DNA of 55,351 nt. Source: a virus (lineage: Duplodnaviria; Heunggongvirae; Uroviricota; Caudoviricetes). Below the pieces are notes generated by a model. That model searched no databases and was not told the origin of the DNA. It saw nothing but the letters and a program-made list of their open reading frames with translations. Every line of letters starts with the position of its first letter. Positions within the stretch are counted from its first letter, which is position 1. Location: positions 1 to 55,351 of the IMG/VR virus record IMGVR_UViG_3300033146_005641. One strand, written 5' to 3'. Positions 1 through 9,137 of the stretch are shown here, piece after piece. Both the position numbers and the translations under genes were made by a program.

Positions 1-483
1 ACCTCTCTAGAAGGGGCTCCTGAGATAGTTAATGGTAGTTTTTACTGTAATGAAAACAATCTAACTTCTCTAGAAGGAGTTCCTAAGGTAGTTAGAGGAG
101 ATTTTAATTGTTCTTACAACGATATATCTTCTCTAGAAGGGGTTCCTGAGTTAGTCGGTGGTATTTTTTATTGTTATAAAAACAATCTAACTTCTCTAGA
201 GGGTTCTCCTAAGGTAGTTAGAGGAGATTTTGATTGCTCTAAAAATAATCTAACTTCTCTAGAAGGGGCTCCTGAGGTAGTCGATGGTATTTTTTATTGT
301 TATAAAAACAATCTAACCTCTCTAGAGGGATCTCCTAAGGTAGTTAATGGTAGTTTTTACTGCTATGATAATCGATTATCTTCCCTAGAGGGACTACCTT
401 ATTCTAAATATGTATACTCTGATTTTAATAAAAATGAAGTTAATGATTACTTAAAATCTAAATTCCCTCAACATTTTATCTAA
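1..483 (+). CDS. LRR-like 21-aa repeat protein, 5'-partial (6 repeats plus C-cap ending FPQHFI)
   Basis: Frame 1 is open from base 1 to TAA at 481-483; 63-bp periodic LTSLEGxPxVVxGxFxCxxNx repeats; same C-cap as 538..1830 and 37628. Confidence 0.9.
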   Translation, partial: TSLEGAPEIVNGSFYCNENNLTSLEGVPKVVRGDFNCSYNDISSLEGVPELVGGIFYCYKNNLTSLEGSPKVVRGDFDCSKNNLTSLEGAPEVVDGIFYCYKNNLTSLEGSPKVVNGSFYCYDNRLSSLEGLPYSKYVYSDFNKNEVNDYLKSKFPQHFI

Positions 484-484
484 T

Positions 485-537
485 TTTAAGTCTCTTTATT
501 CTATAATATGTTAATATAAAGATAGAAGGATAGAAAG
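485..537 (+). promoter_or_regulatory. Early promoter/RBS module TTTAAG-N11-TATAAT...AAGGATAGAAAG-ATG
   Basis: The same spaced motif recurs at 13 or more intergenic sites; resembles Campylobacterota housekeeping-sigma promoters. Confidence 0.75.
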
Positions 538-1830
538 ATGAGGTTTAAAGATACTAAATATGGTGATTTAACAGGACAAACCTATGAAGGAGATATTGAT
601 GTAGTTAATTCGGAACTAGCCTCTCTAGAAGGGGCTCCAGAGGTAGTTAAAGGAAGTTTTTACAGCTTTAATAATCAATTAACCTCTCTAGAAGGGGCTC
701 CTGAGATAGTTAATGGTAGTTTTTACTGTAATGAAAACAATCTAACTTCTCTAGAAGGAGTTCCTAAGGTAGTTAGAGGAGATTCTCTAGAAGGTGCTCC
801 AGAGGTAATTGGTGGTAGTTTTTACTGTAATGAAAACAATCTAACTTCTATAGAAGGAGCTCCTAGTGTGGTTGATGGTAATTTTTATTGCTCTAAAAAT
901 AATCTAACTTCTCTAGAGGGGTCTCCTGAGGCGGTCGATGGTAATTTTAATTGTTCTAAAAATAATCTAACTTCTCTAGAAGGTGCTCCAGAGGTCGTTA
1001 AAGGAGATTTTGATTGTTCAGAAAATGATCTAGCTTCTCTAGAAGGAGCTCCTAAGACAGTTAAAGGAGATTTTTATTGTTCTTACAACAATTTAACTTC
1101 TCTAGAGGAAGTTCCGGAGGTAGTCGATGGTAGCTTTTATTGTTCAAACAATCAACTAACTTCTCTAGAGGGAACTCCTGAGGTAGTCGATGGTAGTTTT
1201 GATTGCTCTAAAAATAATCTAACTTCTCTGGAAGGTGTTCCAGAGGTAGTTAATGGTAATGTTAATTGCTCTAAAAATAATCTAACTTCTCTAGAGGGGT
1301 CTCCAGAGGTAATTAAAGGAGGATTTTACTGTAACGAAAACAGTCTAGTCTCTCTAGAAGGATCTCCTGAAGTAGTTAGAGGATATTTTGATTGTTCAAA
1401 CAATCAACTAACTTCTCTAGAGGGGGCTCCTAGGGCGGTTGATGGTAATTTTAATTGCTCTAGCAACAATCTAGCTTCTCTGGAAGGAGCTCCTGAGGTA
1501 GTTAATGGTGTTTTTTATTGTTATAATAATCAATTAGCTTCTCTAGAAGGGTCTCCTGAGGTAATTAGAGGAGATTTTGATTGTTCTTACAATAATTTAA
1601 CTTCTCTAGAAGGTGCTCCTAGGGTGGTCGATGGTAATTTTTATTGCTATGATAATCAATTAACTTCTCTAGAGGGTGCTCCGGAGGTAGTCGATGGTAG
1701 TCTTGACTGTTCTAAAAATAATCTAACTACTCTAGAGGGTCTACCATACTCTAAAAATGTTAGTTCAGATTTTAGTAAATTAGAGGTTGATGAGTATATG
1801 AAGGATGTATTTCCTTATCATTTTATCTAA
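538..1830 (+). CDS. LRR-like 21-aa repeat protein (N-cap, 18 repeats with one truncated, C-cap ending FPYHFI)
   Basis: LxxLxxxPxxVxGxFxCxxNx repeats throughout the translation. Confidence 0.9.
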   Translation: MRFKDTKYGDLTGQTYEGDIDVVNSELASLEGAPEVVKGSFYSFNNQLTSLEGAPEIVNGSFYCNENNLTSLEGVPKVVRGDSLEGAPEVIGGSFYCNENNLTSIEGAPSVVDGNFYCSKNNLTSLEGSPEAVDGNFNCSKNNLTSLEGAPEVVKGDFDCSENDLASLEGAPKTVKGDFYCSYNNLTSLEEVPEVVDGSFYCSNNQLTSLEGTPEVVDGSFDCSKNNLTSLEGVPEVVNGNVNCSKNNLTSLEGSPEVIKGGFYCNENSLVSLEGSPEVVRGYFDCSNNQLTSLEGAPRAVDGNFNCSSNNLASLEGAPEVVNGVFYCYNNQLASLEGSPEVIRGDFDCSYNNLTSLEGAPRVVDGNFYCYDNQLTSLEGAPEVVDGSLDCSKNNLTTLEGLPYSKNVSSDFSKLEVDEYMKDVFPYHFI

Positions 1831-1831
1831 C

Positions 1832-1883
1832 TTTAAGTCTTGTTATATTATAATATATTATATAAAGAGAAAAGGATAGAAAG
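1832..1883 (+). promoter_or_regulatory. Early promoter/RBS module
   Basis: TTTAAG-N11-TATAAT then TATAAAGAGAAAAGGATAGAAAG-ATG. Confidence 0.75.
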
Positions 1884-3191
1884 ATGAATTCTTTACAAGA
1901 AAAATTTCAAGAAGCCGTAGTAAATTTGATCAGTAATGAAAAATACGTAGATCTTAGCTTTTACGGATTTATTATAGCTAAACTAAATGTTAAATATGCC
2001 AAAAATATGCCTACGGCGGGTGTAAGTTTTAATAAAGATTCATTAAATTATAATTTGATGATTGGACATGCTTTCGATAAATGGAATCTTGAAGAAAGAA
2101 TTGCGGTGCTGATTCACGAATGTAGACATATTTTAGGTCTTCATACAATTCGTAAAGGCGAAAGAGATCATCAATTATTTAATGTAGCTACAGATATTGC
2201 TATTAATCAGTTGATTAGAAACATTCCCGAGGGTGGAGTTTTTCCAGAGACTTTTGATTTTCCCAAAAACGAAAGCGCAGAAACTTATTATGAACTTCTC
2301 AAAAAAGAGAAAGAAAAACAAGAGCAATCTAAAAAAGAGCACGAAGAAAATGAAAAGGATAGTGAGAATGACGAAAATGAAACAGACTCTCAAGAAGATT
2401 CTAATTGTTCTTCTAGCGGATGGAAACCTGATAAAAATTCAAAAGGTGAAACTAAACCTGATTTAACTAGCCTTGATAAAGAGCCTCAAACTTTAGATGT
2501 TCATGATTGGAGCGATGAGGGAAATTCAGATGAGGGATTAGAAGAGCTTCAAAAATCTATAGCCGAAAATATGGTTAGAGAGGCTATAGATCAAACAAGA
2601 GGAAATTTACCACAGGATATTGAAAAAATTCTTGAATTTCTTAAAAAGAAAGCTAAAATTTCCTGGAAAAAAGAGCTTCGTAAAATTATTAGTTCAAGAA
2701 ACGGAGCAAGAATTGAGACTATTAAACGAAAAAATAGAAGATTTCCACACAGAGCAGATCTTAGAGGTAGAAAAGTACAAAAAGATAAACCTGTTGTTTT
2801 TGTAGGTGTAGATACTTCAGGCTCTATGGACGATAGCGATGTACTCAATGGGTTAGTAGAAATTAATGAAGTCATTAAAAATGTAGGTGAGCTTAAAATT
2901 ATCCAAATTGATACTGAGATTAAAGGTATTCAGAGTTTCGATAAAAATAATTTTAAAAGATTTAAAAGAAAAGGTTATGGTGGTACTTATATGGGTGCAT
3001 GTCCCGAATATATTGAAAAAAATAGATTGAAATGTGATGTATTGATAATGATTAGCGATATGTGGATCGAAAATATTCCTTCCGATGATAATTGGAAAAG
3101 TTTTAAAAAATCTGTCCTATGGCTTAGTACTTCAGGCGAAACACCAGAAATTCTAAGACATCATAAAATCTTTAATATCAGAAACGCCTAA
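1884..3191 (+). CDS. Putative metallopeptidase plus VWA-like domain protein (DUF2201-type)
   Basis: HECRH (HExxH), NxAxDxAINQ, acidic linker, MIDAS-like VDTSGSM, GYGGT. Confidence 0.85.
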   Translation: MNSLQEKFQEAVVNLISNEKYVDLSFYGFIIAKLNVKYAKNMPTAGVSFNKDSLNYNLMIGHAFDKWNLEERIAVLIHECRHILGLHTIRKGERDHQLFNVATDIAINQLIRNIPEGGVFPETFDFPKNESAETYYELLKKEKEKQEQSKKEHEENEKDSENDENETDSQEDSNCSSSGWKPDKNSKGETKPDLTSLDKEPQTLDVHDWSDEGNSDEGLEELQKSIAENMVREAIDQTRGNLPQDIEKILEFLKKKAKISWKKELRKIISSRNGARIETIKRKNRRFPHRADLRGRKVQKDKPVVFVGVDTSGSMDDSDVLNGLVEINEVIKNVGELKIIQIDTEIKGIQSFDKNNFKRFKRKGYGGTYMGACPEYIEKNRLKCDVLIMISDMWIENIPSDDNWKSFKKSVLWLSTSGETPEILRHHKIFNIRNA

Positions 3192-3229
3192 AGTTTCTGA
3201 TATATTTCACTTATCACTTAGAGGTAAAG

Positions 3230-3628
3230 ATGAACCTAAACGAATTTATTGATCTTATTAGATCTAAAAGAACTATTAGTTTTAGAATAGATTCTCTAGA
3301 AGAGTTTAAAGAGATTTCAACTATTATAAACATTTTAGAAGATATAGGTGTAGTAAAGAAAAAATTACATATTGAGAAAAGAGTAGGAGATATAATACTC
3401 GATTCTTATAAAGATGAGAGTAAAGACTATCATAATATTCCTTGTTATGTTTCTTTAATGGCGAATAATGATGAAATTTTAACAGGACATCAGGGTGTAA
3501 ATACAAAAATGGAAAATCCTCTAAATACTAGTAGCTGGCCCGCCAGGCTATATTATGAGACATATAAAAACGCTAAACATTTGAAAGATTATATCGATAT
3601 TAGTAGATATCCTCAATATTTTATATAA
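3230..3628 (+). CDS. Hypothetical protein ending YPQYFI
   Basis: ORF with GAGG RBS; C-terminal motif. Confidence 0.75.
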   Translation: MNLNEFIDLIRSKRTISFRIDSLEEFKEISTIINILEDIGVVKKKLHIEKRVGDIILDSYKDESKDYHNIPCYVSLMANNDEILTGHQGVNTKMENPLNTSSWPARLYYETYKNAKHLKDYIDISRYPQYFI

Positions 3629-3629
3629 C

Positions 3630-3681
3630 TTTAAGGTGGACTATATTATAATATGTTATATAAAGAGAAAAGGATAGAAAG
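3630..3681 (+). promoter_or_regulatory. Early promoter/RBS module
   Basis: TTTAAG-N11-TATAAT plus AAGGATAGAAAG-ATG. Confidence 0.75.
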
Positions 3682-4794
3682 ATGTTAATTTCAAAAATGA
3701 AAGATGTATTTCAAGTAGCTCATATGAGTAATGATGCTGTACGTATGGTAGGACTTCACGGTATTGGTAAGTCTCAAGTAGTTGAACAATTTGCTAAAGA
3801 TAATGATTATCATATCGAAACATTATTTTTAAGTCAAAATGAGGTAGCTGATCTTATCGGTATTCCAGATATGAGAGATGGTATTACTTATTGGACAAAG
3901 CCGGTATGGTTAAAACGTATGGAAGATGCTAATCAAGCAGGTAAACATTGTGTATTGTTTCTCGATGAGCTTGCTAGAGCACCGATCGAAGTAAGACAAA
4001 GTGCTTTACAACTAGTTCTTGAAGGACGTATTCATGAACATAATCTACCTATACTCGACGGCTTGAGAACATTGATTGTAGCTGCGGACAATCCGAGTGA
4101 TATCTATCAAACAGATGAGCTTGATGATGCTCTACTTGATCGTTTCGGTAATTATAATGTAACCGTTGATGTAAAAGGTTGGTTGAAATGGTCAAGATTA
4201 AATAATATTAATTCTGTAGTAACCGATTATATCGCCGAGTTTAGTGATAAACTTCATTTCATTCCTGAGGATGAAAATGATAAAGGTGCTACACCTAGAT
4301 CTTGGGCAAAACTTTCAGATTTGATTAATAATGCAGAAAAACTAGGTCTTAGTAAAGGCGTTTTTTCAGAAATGCTTAAAAGTAAACTTGGAGAAACTGT
4401 TGGTTATAGTTTCCTTCATTTCTATAATGATTATGTAAAAATCGTAAAACCTGAAGATATTGAAAAAGCTATTATGAAAAAAGCAGGTAAAGATCTTAAA
4501 AAATCTGAAAAAGAATTTACTAAAATTTCTGAATCAATTCAAAGTATTACGAAAAATATCGAAGCTCTAGCCGCGAGTGAACTTGCTAATAAGATGAAAG
4601 AATTAACTAAAGAAGATGAAAAATGGTATGATATCCTTACTATTTATCTTGATTCATTGAATGTCGAAGTTTTTGTAAGTATTATTAAAACTTGGAAAGA
4701 GGGTGAAGATAGTGAGTTTTATTTCAAATGGTCAGAAACAGTACCAAATTTTTATATTTTCCAAAAAGTTCTAAGAATTAAAGAAGATTCTTAG
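3682..4794 (+). CDS. MoxR-like AAA+ ATPase
   Basis: Walker A GLHGIGKS, Walker B LFLDE, ALLDRF arginine finger, TPRSW; neighbour of the VWA gene. Confidence 0.85.
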   Translation: MLISKMKDVFQVAHMSNDAVRMVGLHGIGKSQVVEQFAKDNDYHIETLFLSQNEVADLIGIPDMRDGITYWTKPVWLKRMEDANQAGKHCVLFLDELARAPIEVRQSALQLVLEGRIHEHNLPILDGLRTLIVAADNPSDIYQTDELDDALLDRFGNYNVTVDVKGWLKWSRLNNINSVVTDYIAEFSDKLHFIPEDENDKGATPRSWAKLSDLINNAEKLGLSKGVFSEMLKSKLGETVGYSFLHFYNDYVKIVKPEDIEKAIMKKAGKDLKKSEKEFTKISESIQSITKNIEALAASELANKMKELTKEDEKWYDILTIYLDSLNVEVFVSIIKTWKEGEDSEFYFKWSETVPNFYIFQKVLRIKEDS

Positions 4795-4803
4795 GATTTT
4801 CTT

Positions 4804-5022
4804 ATGATGAGTAATAGTATCGAAGAAACGCTTATTAAGAAGCAGGATATAGTCCGAAAGTTGTATTAAAACCTTAGACGGAACTATAACCTTTCTTCGA
4901 GAAAGTAAAATACTTATAATGTCTATAGAGATATTTTACTTTAAAGATAGAATACAAATAGAATTATTGAAATAGAAAATTCAAAAATATTGAGAGAAAA
5001 ATATCCTCAGTATTATATTTAG
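4804..5022 (+). pseudogene. Disrupted ORF ending LREKYPQYYI
   Basis: ATG at 4804 and the tagged 3' end share a frame but are separated by stops; could be indel errors. Confidence 0.45.
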
Positions 5023-5031
5023 GACGTATGC

Positions 5032-5253
5032 GTGACAGATTTTTTTGATATTCCTGCTAAAATAGGAGATAAAATATTATTCGTTAATCAAGATGAGTTT
5101 TGCACGGGAGCTATTCTGGAAAAGATACTTCACTTCGATAATATCAAAGTCTTGGTTAACATTGACAATGAAAAGAAATCTGTATTAGTACATAATAAAA
5201 ACTTTATTATTATAAATGATATTATAAAAAATCATCCTCAATATTTTATGTAG
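5032..5253 (+). CDS. Small hypothetical protein (SH3/KOW-like start, IGDKI) ending HPQYFM
   Basis: ORF with AGGA RBS; C-terminal motif. Confidence 0.7.
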   Translation: MTDFFDIPAKIGDKILFVNQDEFCTGAILEKILHFDNIKVLVNIDNEKKSVLVHNKNFIIINDIIKNHPQYFM

Positions 5254-5254
5254 T

Positions 5255-5306
5255 TTTAAGTTAAATTATAATATAATATATTATATAAAGAGAAAAGGAT
5301 AGAAAG
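5255..5306 (+). promoter_or_regulatory. Early promoter/RBS module
   Basis: TTTAAG-N11-TATAAT plus AAGGATAGAAAG-ATG. Confidence 0.75.
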
Positions 5307-5675
5307 ATGACTAAAGAACAAATTAAAAAACATGGTAAAGTAATTAAATGGTTCTGCGATAACCCTGAAAAAGGTGTATGGGTTAAAATATCAAATCGTT
5401 GGGAACAAACAATTGAACCAGCTTTTAATCCTAAACTTATATATATACAAAATGATGAATATGTTGAACTTAGAAAAGCATTGGCTGAAGGTAAAACAGT
5501 ACAATTAGATAATCAGTTTGGATATGATAGTAGCAAATTAAAAAGCTGGATTAAAGTAGACGAAATATACAACCATATACCTATAGCACATTATCGTGTT
5601 AAACTAAATTCAAAGAATGGTATGAAGATGAGTAAATATTTAGATGATAAAGAGATAGAAGATGAAGATAACTAA
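5307..5675 (+). CDS. Hypothetical protein
   Basis: ORF directly after the promoter/RBS module. Confidence 0.75.
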   Translation: MTKEQIKKHGKVIKWFCDNPEKGVWVKISNRWEQTIEPAFNPKLIYIQNDEYVELRKALAEGKTVQLDNQFGYDSSKLKSWIKVDEIYNHIPIAHYRVKLNSKNGMKMSKYLDDKEIEDEDN

Positions 5676-5850
5676 TGCAATGGTGTTTGTAGAACTAGAT
5701 AATACAAAAGAATTAAGACAGTTATTTATTACAAAGGAAATGACAAAAGTTTTAATCAGCATGATTGAAGCTGGAGCCTTTCATAAAGAAGATGTAACTA
5801 TCAGTGATAAAATCTGTGAAGTATTAAGGATAAAAGATGAAGATAACTAA
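5662..5850 (+). CDS. Hypothetical protein
   Basis: Overlapping ORF, GAGATAGAAG-ATG start. Confidence 0.6.
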   Translation: MKITNAMVFVELDNTKELRQLFITKEMTKVLISMIEAGAFHKEDVTISDKICEVLRIKDEDN

Positions 5851-6080
5851 AAGTTAGACAAGTTTTTGCTTAAGTATGATACGGCTGTTGGAGTAGTTTT
5901 ATTAGTAATGACTGCTTTTGCAGTTATAGGAGCTATATGGGCAGTAGGGAGTATATTATGAACCCAAGTAGCCCTGAAGAAGCGATTGTTGGAATAATAG
6001 GATGTATAGTATTAGTGATACTCGGTAAAATATTCTTAGAAGGCAGGACAGGATAATATTAAAAATTTAAGGAGTACAAA

Positions 6081-6557
6081 ATGAAAAAATACACAGTAGA
6101 GCTAACAAAAGAACAGTTACAACAATTAGGAATTGAGGTAGAACCTGAATTTACATATCCACTATACAAACGATGGAAAGCTACAGGAGAAGTTGTAAAA
6201 TTCACTTCTATGACAGAAGGTGTTACAGTATGGAGTGGTAATGAAGATAATAAAGTAGGTTATACTTCTGATGCATTTGTAGAGCATACTACCGATATGT
6301 GGGAAGATGTAGCTTATGATTCTGACAGAGATTTATGGGACGGACAACCAATAGAATGTTGGGATAATGCAGGTACTCATCAAAGATTAATTAAGTTTTA
6401 TGATACTGAACATACATGTTCTTTTGACTATACCGGGAAAAGAGATGGCTTGGCTTATAATAATTATAAAGCACTTCCATCCGATAGATACGACAAATGG
6501 ATACTGGAAGCTTATAAAACACTGGAGAAATACAATGACACTCAAACAGCCGATTAA
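6081..6557 (+). CDS. Hypothetical protein
   Basis: AAGGAG RBS, 158-aa ORF. Confidence 0.75.
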   Translation: MKKYTVELTKEQLQQLGIEVEPEFTYPLYKRWKATGEVVKFTSMTEGVTVWSGNEDNKVGYTSDAFVEHTTDMWEDVAYDSDRDLWDGQPIECWDNAGTHQRLIKFYDTEHTCSFDYTGKRDGLAYNNYKALPSDRYDKWILEAYKTLEKYNDTQTAD

Positions 6558-6827
6558 AGAGTTTACAAGATGGAAATATGCAAAACCCGTTAAACCTGAA
6601 GATTTATATCAAGGAGAAAAATATGACTGTTGCTAAAAATAGTTGTGCAAGTATCGGCGATTATCTTCAAATAAGAAGACTAATCAGATACCACATAAGA
6701 CAAAGAGCTGATAGATTTTATCGACTAAGATATTTGAGAAGCAAAAGATGAGTGTTACGACAGAAGGTATAAAAAATAGTGGGCTACTTCATAATATAAA
6801 GTTAAGTATTCTTAAAGGAGATAGAAA

Positions 6828-7196
6828 ATGTATCCAAAATATACAAGTTCAGATGGCTACGAATTTGACGATAAAGGTGATTGGGCTATATACGAATTAG
6901 AAAGTTCAAGCAATCCATATTGTAGAGCTGAAAATTATGGTGGAATAAAGCCAGATGACGACGACAATGATAATAGTTATAGCACTTCATATTCACATAA
7001 ACCGACCTATACAATTATTACAAACTTTAAGATTATATATGAAACAGAAAAGGCTATATTATTAAAAGGAGTACCAGATGATTGTTGGATACCAAAAGCT
7101 ATGATATATAATAAAACAAAAGATGCTATCAAAGTATATAGTAATTTTGATGGAAAAGATGCACTGAAACAAAATAGGATTATATGGAATAAATGA
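6828..7196 (+). CDS. Hypothetical protein (ETEKAIL...WIPK motif)
   Basis: AAGGAG RBS; motif common in small phage proteins. Confidence 0.7.
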   Translation: MYPKYTSSDGYEFDDKGDWAIYELESSSNPYCRAENYGGIKPDDDDNDNSYSTSYSHKPTYTIITNFKIIYETEKAILLKGVPDDCWIPKAMIYNKTKDAIKVYSNFDGKDALKQNRIIWNK

Positions 7197-7384
7197 TGAC
7201 AGTAGAAGAATTAACAGAAGTTATAAAAAATAGTGGGCTACTTCATTGTGAAATAGCTAAAGCAGTTACAGATGCTATCAAAGAAGATATGGAGAAATAT
7301 TTTAATTCTTCTGCAATGGAAGATTTAGTAAATAATAATGATTATATTTCTTTTTACTTAGCAGCAAGAAGATTTGGAGATTAA
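7193..7384 (+). CDS. Hypothetical protein
   Basis: ATGA-coupled ORF. Confidence 0.6.
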   Translation: MMTVEELTEVIKNSGLLHCEIAKAVTDAIKEDMEKYFNSSAMEDLVNNNDYISFYLAARRFGD

Positions 7385-7429
7385 TAATAGTAGGAGTAAT
7401 GCTATACTTCCACTATAAGGAGATAGAAG

Positions 7430-7586
7430 ATGAATAATGCAGTTTATGTCAATGGAAAACTTGTTGGATATAGATGTTCTGTTTGTGATGAAATTAAGTC
7501 TAAAATGTGGGGGAACAACATGTAATCAATGTAGAATACTTTTGAAAATTGAAAATATAGCAAGAAGATTTGGAGATAGAAAATGA
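7430..7586 (+). pseudogene. Zn-ribbon mini-protein (CSVC...CNQC) frameshifted at a G5 run
   Basis: AAGGAG RBS; removing one G at about 7509-7513 joins two CxxC motifs and ends the frame at TGA 7584-7586 overlapping the next ATG. Confidence 0.5.
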
Positions 7587-7852
7587 AGATTAAACAAGAA
7601 GACATAAGAAATAGTATTATATGTATATTTCGTTACTGCTTACACAGAAATACTTATGCAGTATCAACAGCACAAAATATCATAAATTACAATCTGCAAG
7701 ACTTGTCTAACCATGATATAAAGCTTTTTATTAGAGAAATAACTGAAGCTTTTGATGAGTATTCTAAGCATAAATATGCAGGTATAGATAAATCATGGAT
7801 GCAAACAAGAGACCTATTAAAAGATGAATTACAAAGGAGAGACAATGAATAA
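7583..7852 (+). CDS. Hypothetical protein (FRYCLxRxTY motif)
   Basis: GGAG RBS, ORF. Confidence 0.7.
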   Translation: MKIKQEDIRNSIICIFRYCLHRNTYAVSTAQNIINYNLQDLSNHDIKLFIREITEAFDEYSKHKYAGIDKSWMQTRDLLKDELQRRDNE

Positions 7853-8009
7853 AGAAAAAGCATTGGAGATATTAAGATTATTATCTAACCTTGAAAGTGT
7901 TATGAACATGAAGATGTTTAGAGACCAAATACCAAGTGGTATTATTGATGAACTTGATAATGAGATATTATGGTTGTTTGACTATATAATGGAGATAGAA
8001 AATGACTAA
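7824..8009 (+). CDS. Hypothetical protein (likely start about 7845)
   Basis: AAGGAG before the second ATG. Confidence 0.6.
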   Translation: MNYKGETMNKEKALEILRLLSNLESVMNMKMFRDQIPSGIIDELDNEILWLFDYIMEIEND

Positions 8010-8044
8010 AAAAGAAATAATTAAAGAATTTAGGAGCATTAAAA

Positions 8045-8434
8045 ATGACAAAAATAGAAACTAAAACAGAAGAGGAAATGATAATACCTCATAAACGATT
8101 TAAAACTGTAATGAGTAGTAATTATAAACAAAGATTAGTAGAAATTATCAAAATTGAAGATAATTTTGTAAATACATATTATGACTGTGGAAAAGGTAAA
8201 CCAACATGTTTAGGTGAAGAAATAAATATCTATGAATTTGTACATATATGTAAAGAATGGGCATTAAGCGAAGGGATTACATTTAATATACAAATGAGCA
8301 AAGACATTACATTGCTTTATATACCTACACATAATATGGACATAGAAGCTAAGACTGAATTTAAAGCTGTTATTAAAGCGTGCAGCTGGTTATTAAATAA
8401 TAAAAGAAGACATAATTATGTATCAAATGAATAA
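8045..8434 (+). CDS. Hypothetical protein
   Basis: AGGAG RBS, ORF. Confidence 0.7.
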   Translation: MTKIETKTEEEMIIPHKRFKTVMSSNYKQRLVEIIKIEDNFVNTYYDCGKGKPTCLGEEINIYEFVHICKEWALSEGITFNIQMSKDITLLYIPTHNMDIEAKTEFKAVIKACSWLLNNKRRHNYVSNE

Positions 8435-8495
8435 TAAATTTGGTTCTAAAAGTTATGTAGTTATTTTAGTAGAATTTAATAAATAAGGAGTTGAA

Positions 8496-8840
8496 GTGTT
8501 AACGCAAGAACAGTGGTTGATATATTTGTATGGAATATACCCAGAAGGTGGTTTAACAATAGCAATGATAGTAATAACATTAATTGGATGGGGATTTATG
8601 ATACCTATAATAAAAATATTTACACGAGAAGATATAGAAGAAGATATAACTATAAATAAAGCTATAACTATAAATAAAGCTATAACAATAGCTACTTTAA
8701 TAATTGCTTGTATAGGATATTTTATACCTCCTAAAAATGTATTCTTCACTATGATTGCTGCACCCTATGTAAAAGAAAATCTTATTGATGAAAAAGGTAA
8801 GTTACATAAGATAGATAATATATCATTGATAAAGCATTAG
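8496..8840 (+). CDS. Membrane protein; 3' end possibly frameshifted
   Basis: AAGGAG RBS, hydrophobic segments, 18-bp tandem duplication (ITINKA x2). Confidence 0.65.
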   Translation: MLTQEQWLIYLYGIYPEGGLTIAMIVITLIGWGFMIPIIKIFTREDIEEDITINKAITINKAITIATLIIACIGYFIPPKNVFFTMIAAPYVKENLIDEKGKLHKIDNISLIKH

Positions 8841-8879
8841 AAAAAGCAGATAAATATTTAGATGAGAAGGAGGTAAAAG

Positions 8880-9134
8880 ATGAATAGAGATGAAGCAATT
8901 GGAGAAGTACACAAATATAAATTTTGGTCTGGCGAAGAAGGATATGCAAACTATGTAGAGGAAACACTATCACTTATTGATGAAATCTATGATGATTTTG
9001 AAAATCAAGTATGTAGTAATTGTAAAGAATTAAAAAGTGGTATAGGGTGTGAAATATATCCTTGTGTTTGGACATGGCTATCAACACATGAAAATGAATT
9101 TGGATGTAATCAATGGAAACCAAAGGGGATATAA
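8880..9134 (+). CDS. Hypothetical Cys-containing protein
   Basis: AAGGAGG RBS; CxxC...C...C. Confidence 0.7.
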   Translation: MNRDEAIGEVHKYKFWSGEEGYANYVEETLSLIDEIYDDFENQVCSNCKELKSGIGCEIYPCVWTWLSTHENEFGCNQWKPKGI

Positions 9135-9137
9135 AAA

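Noticed and set aside
1-1830. 63-bp periodic repeats as a CRISPR array
   Set aside because: The repeats are in-frame coding units with synonymous variation, no unique spacers and no cas genes.
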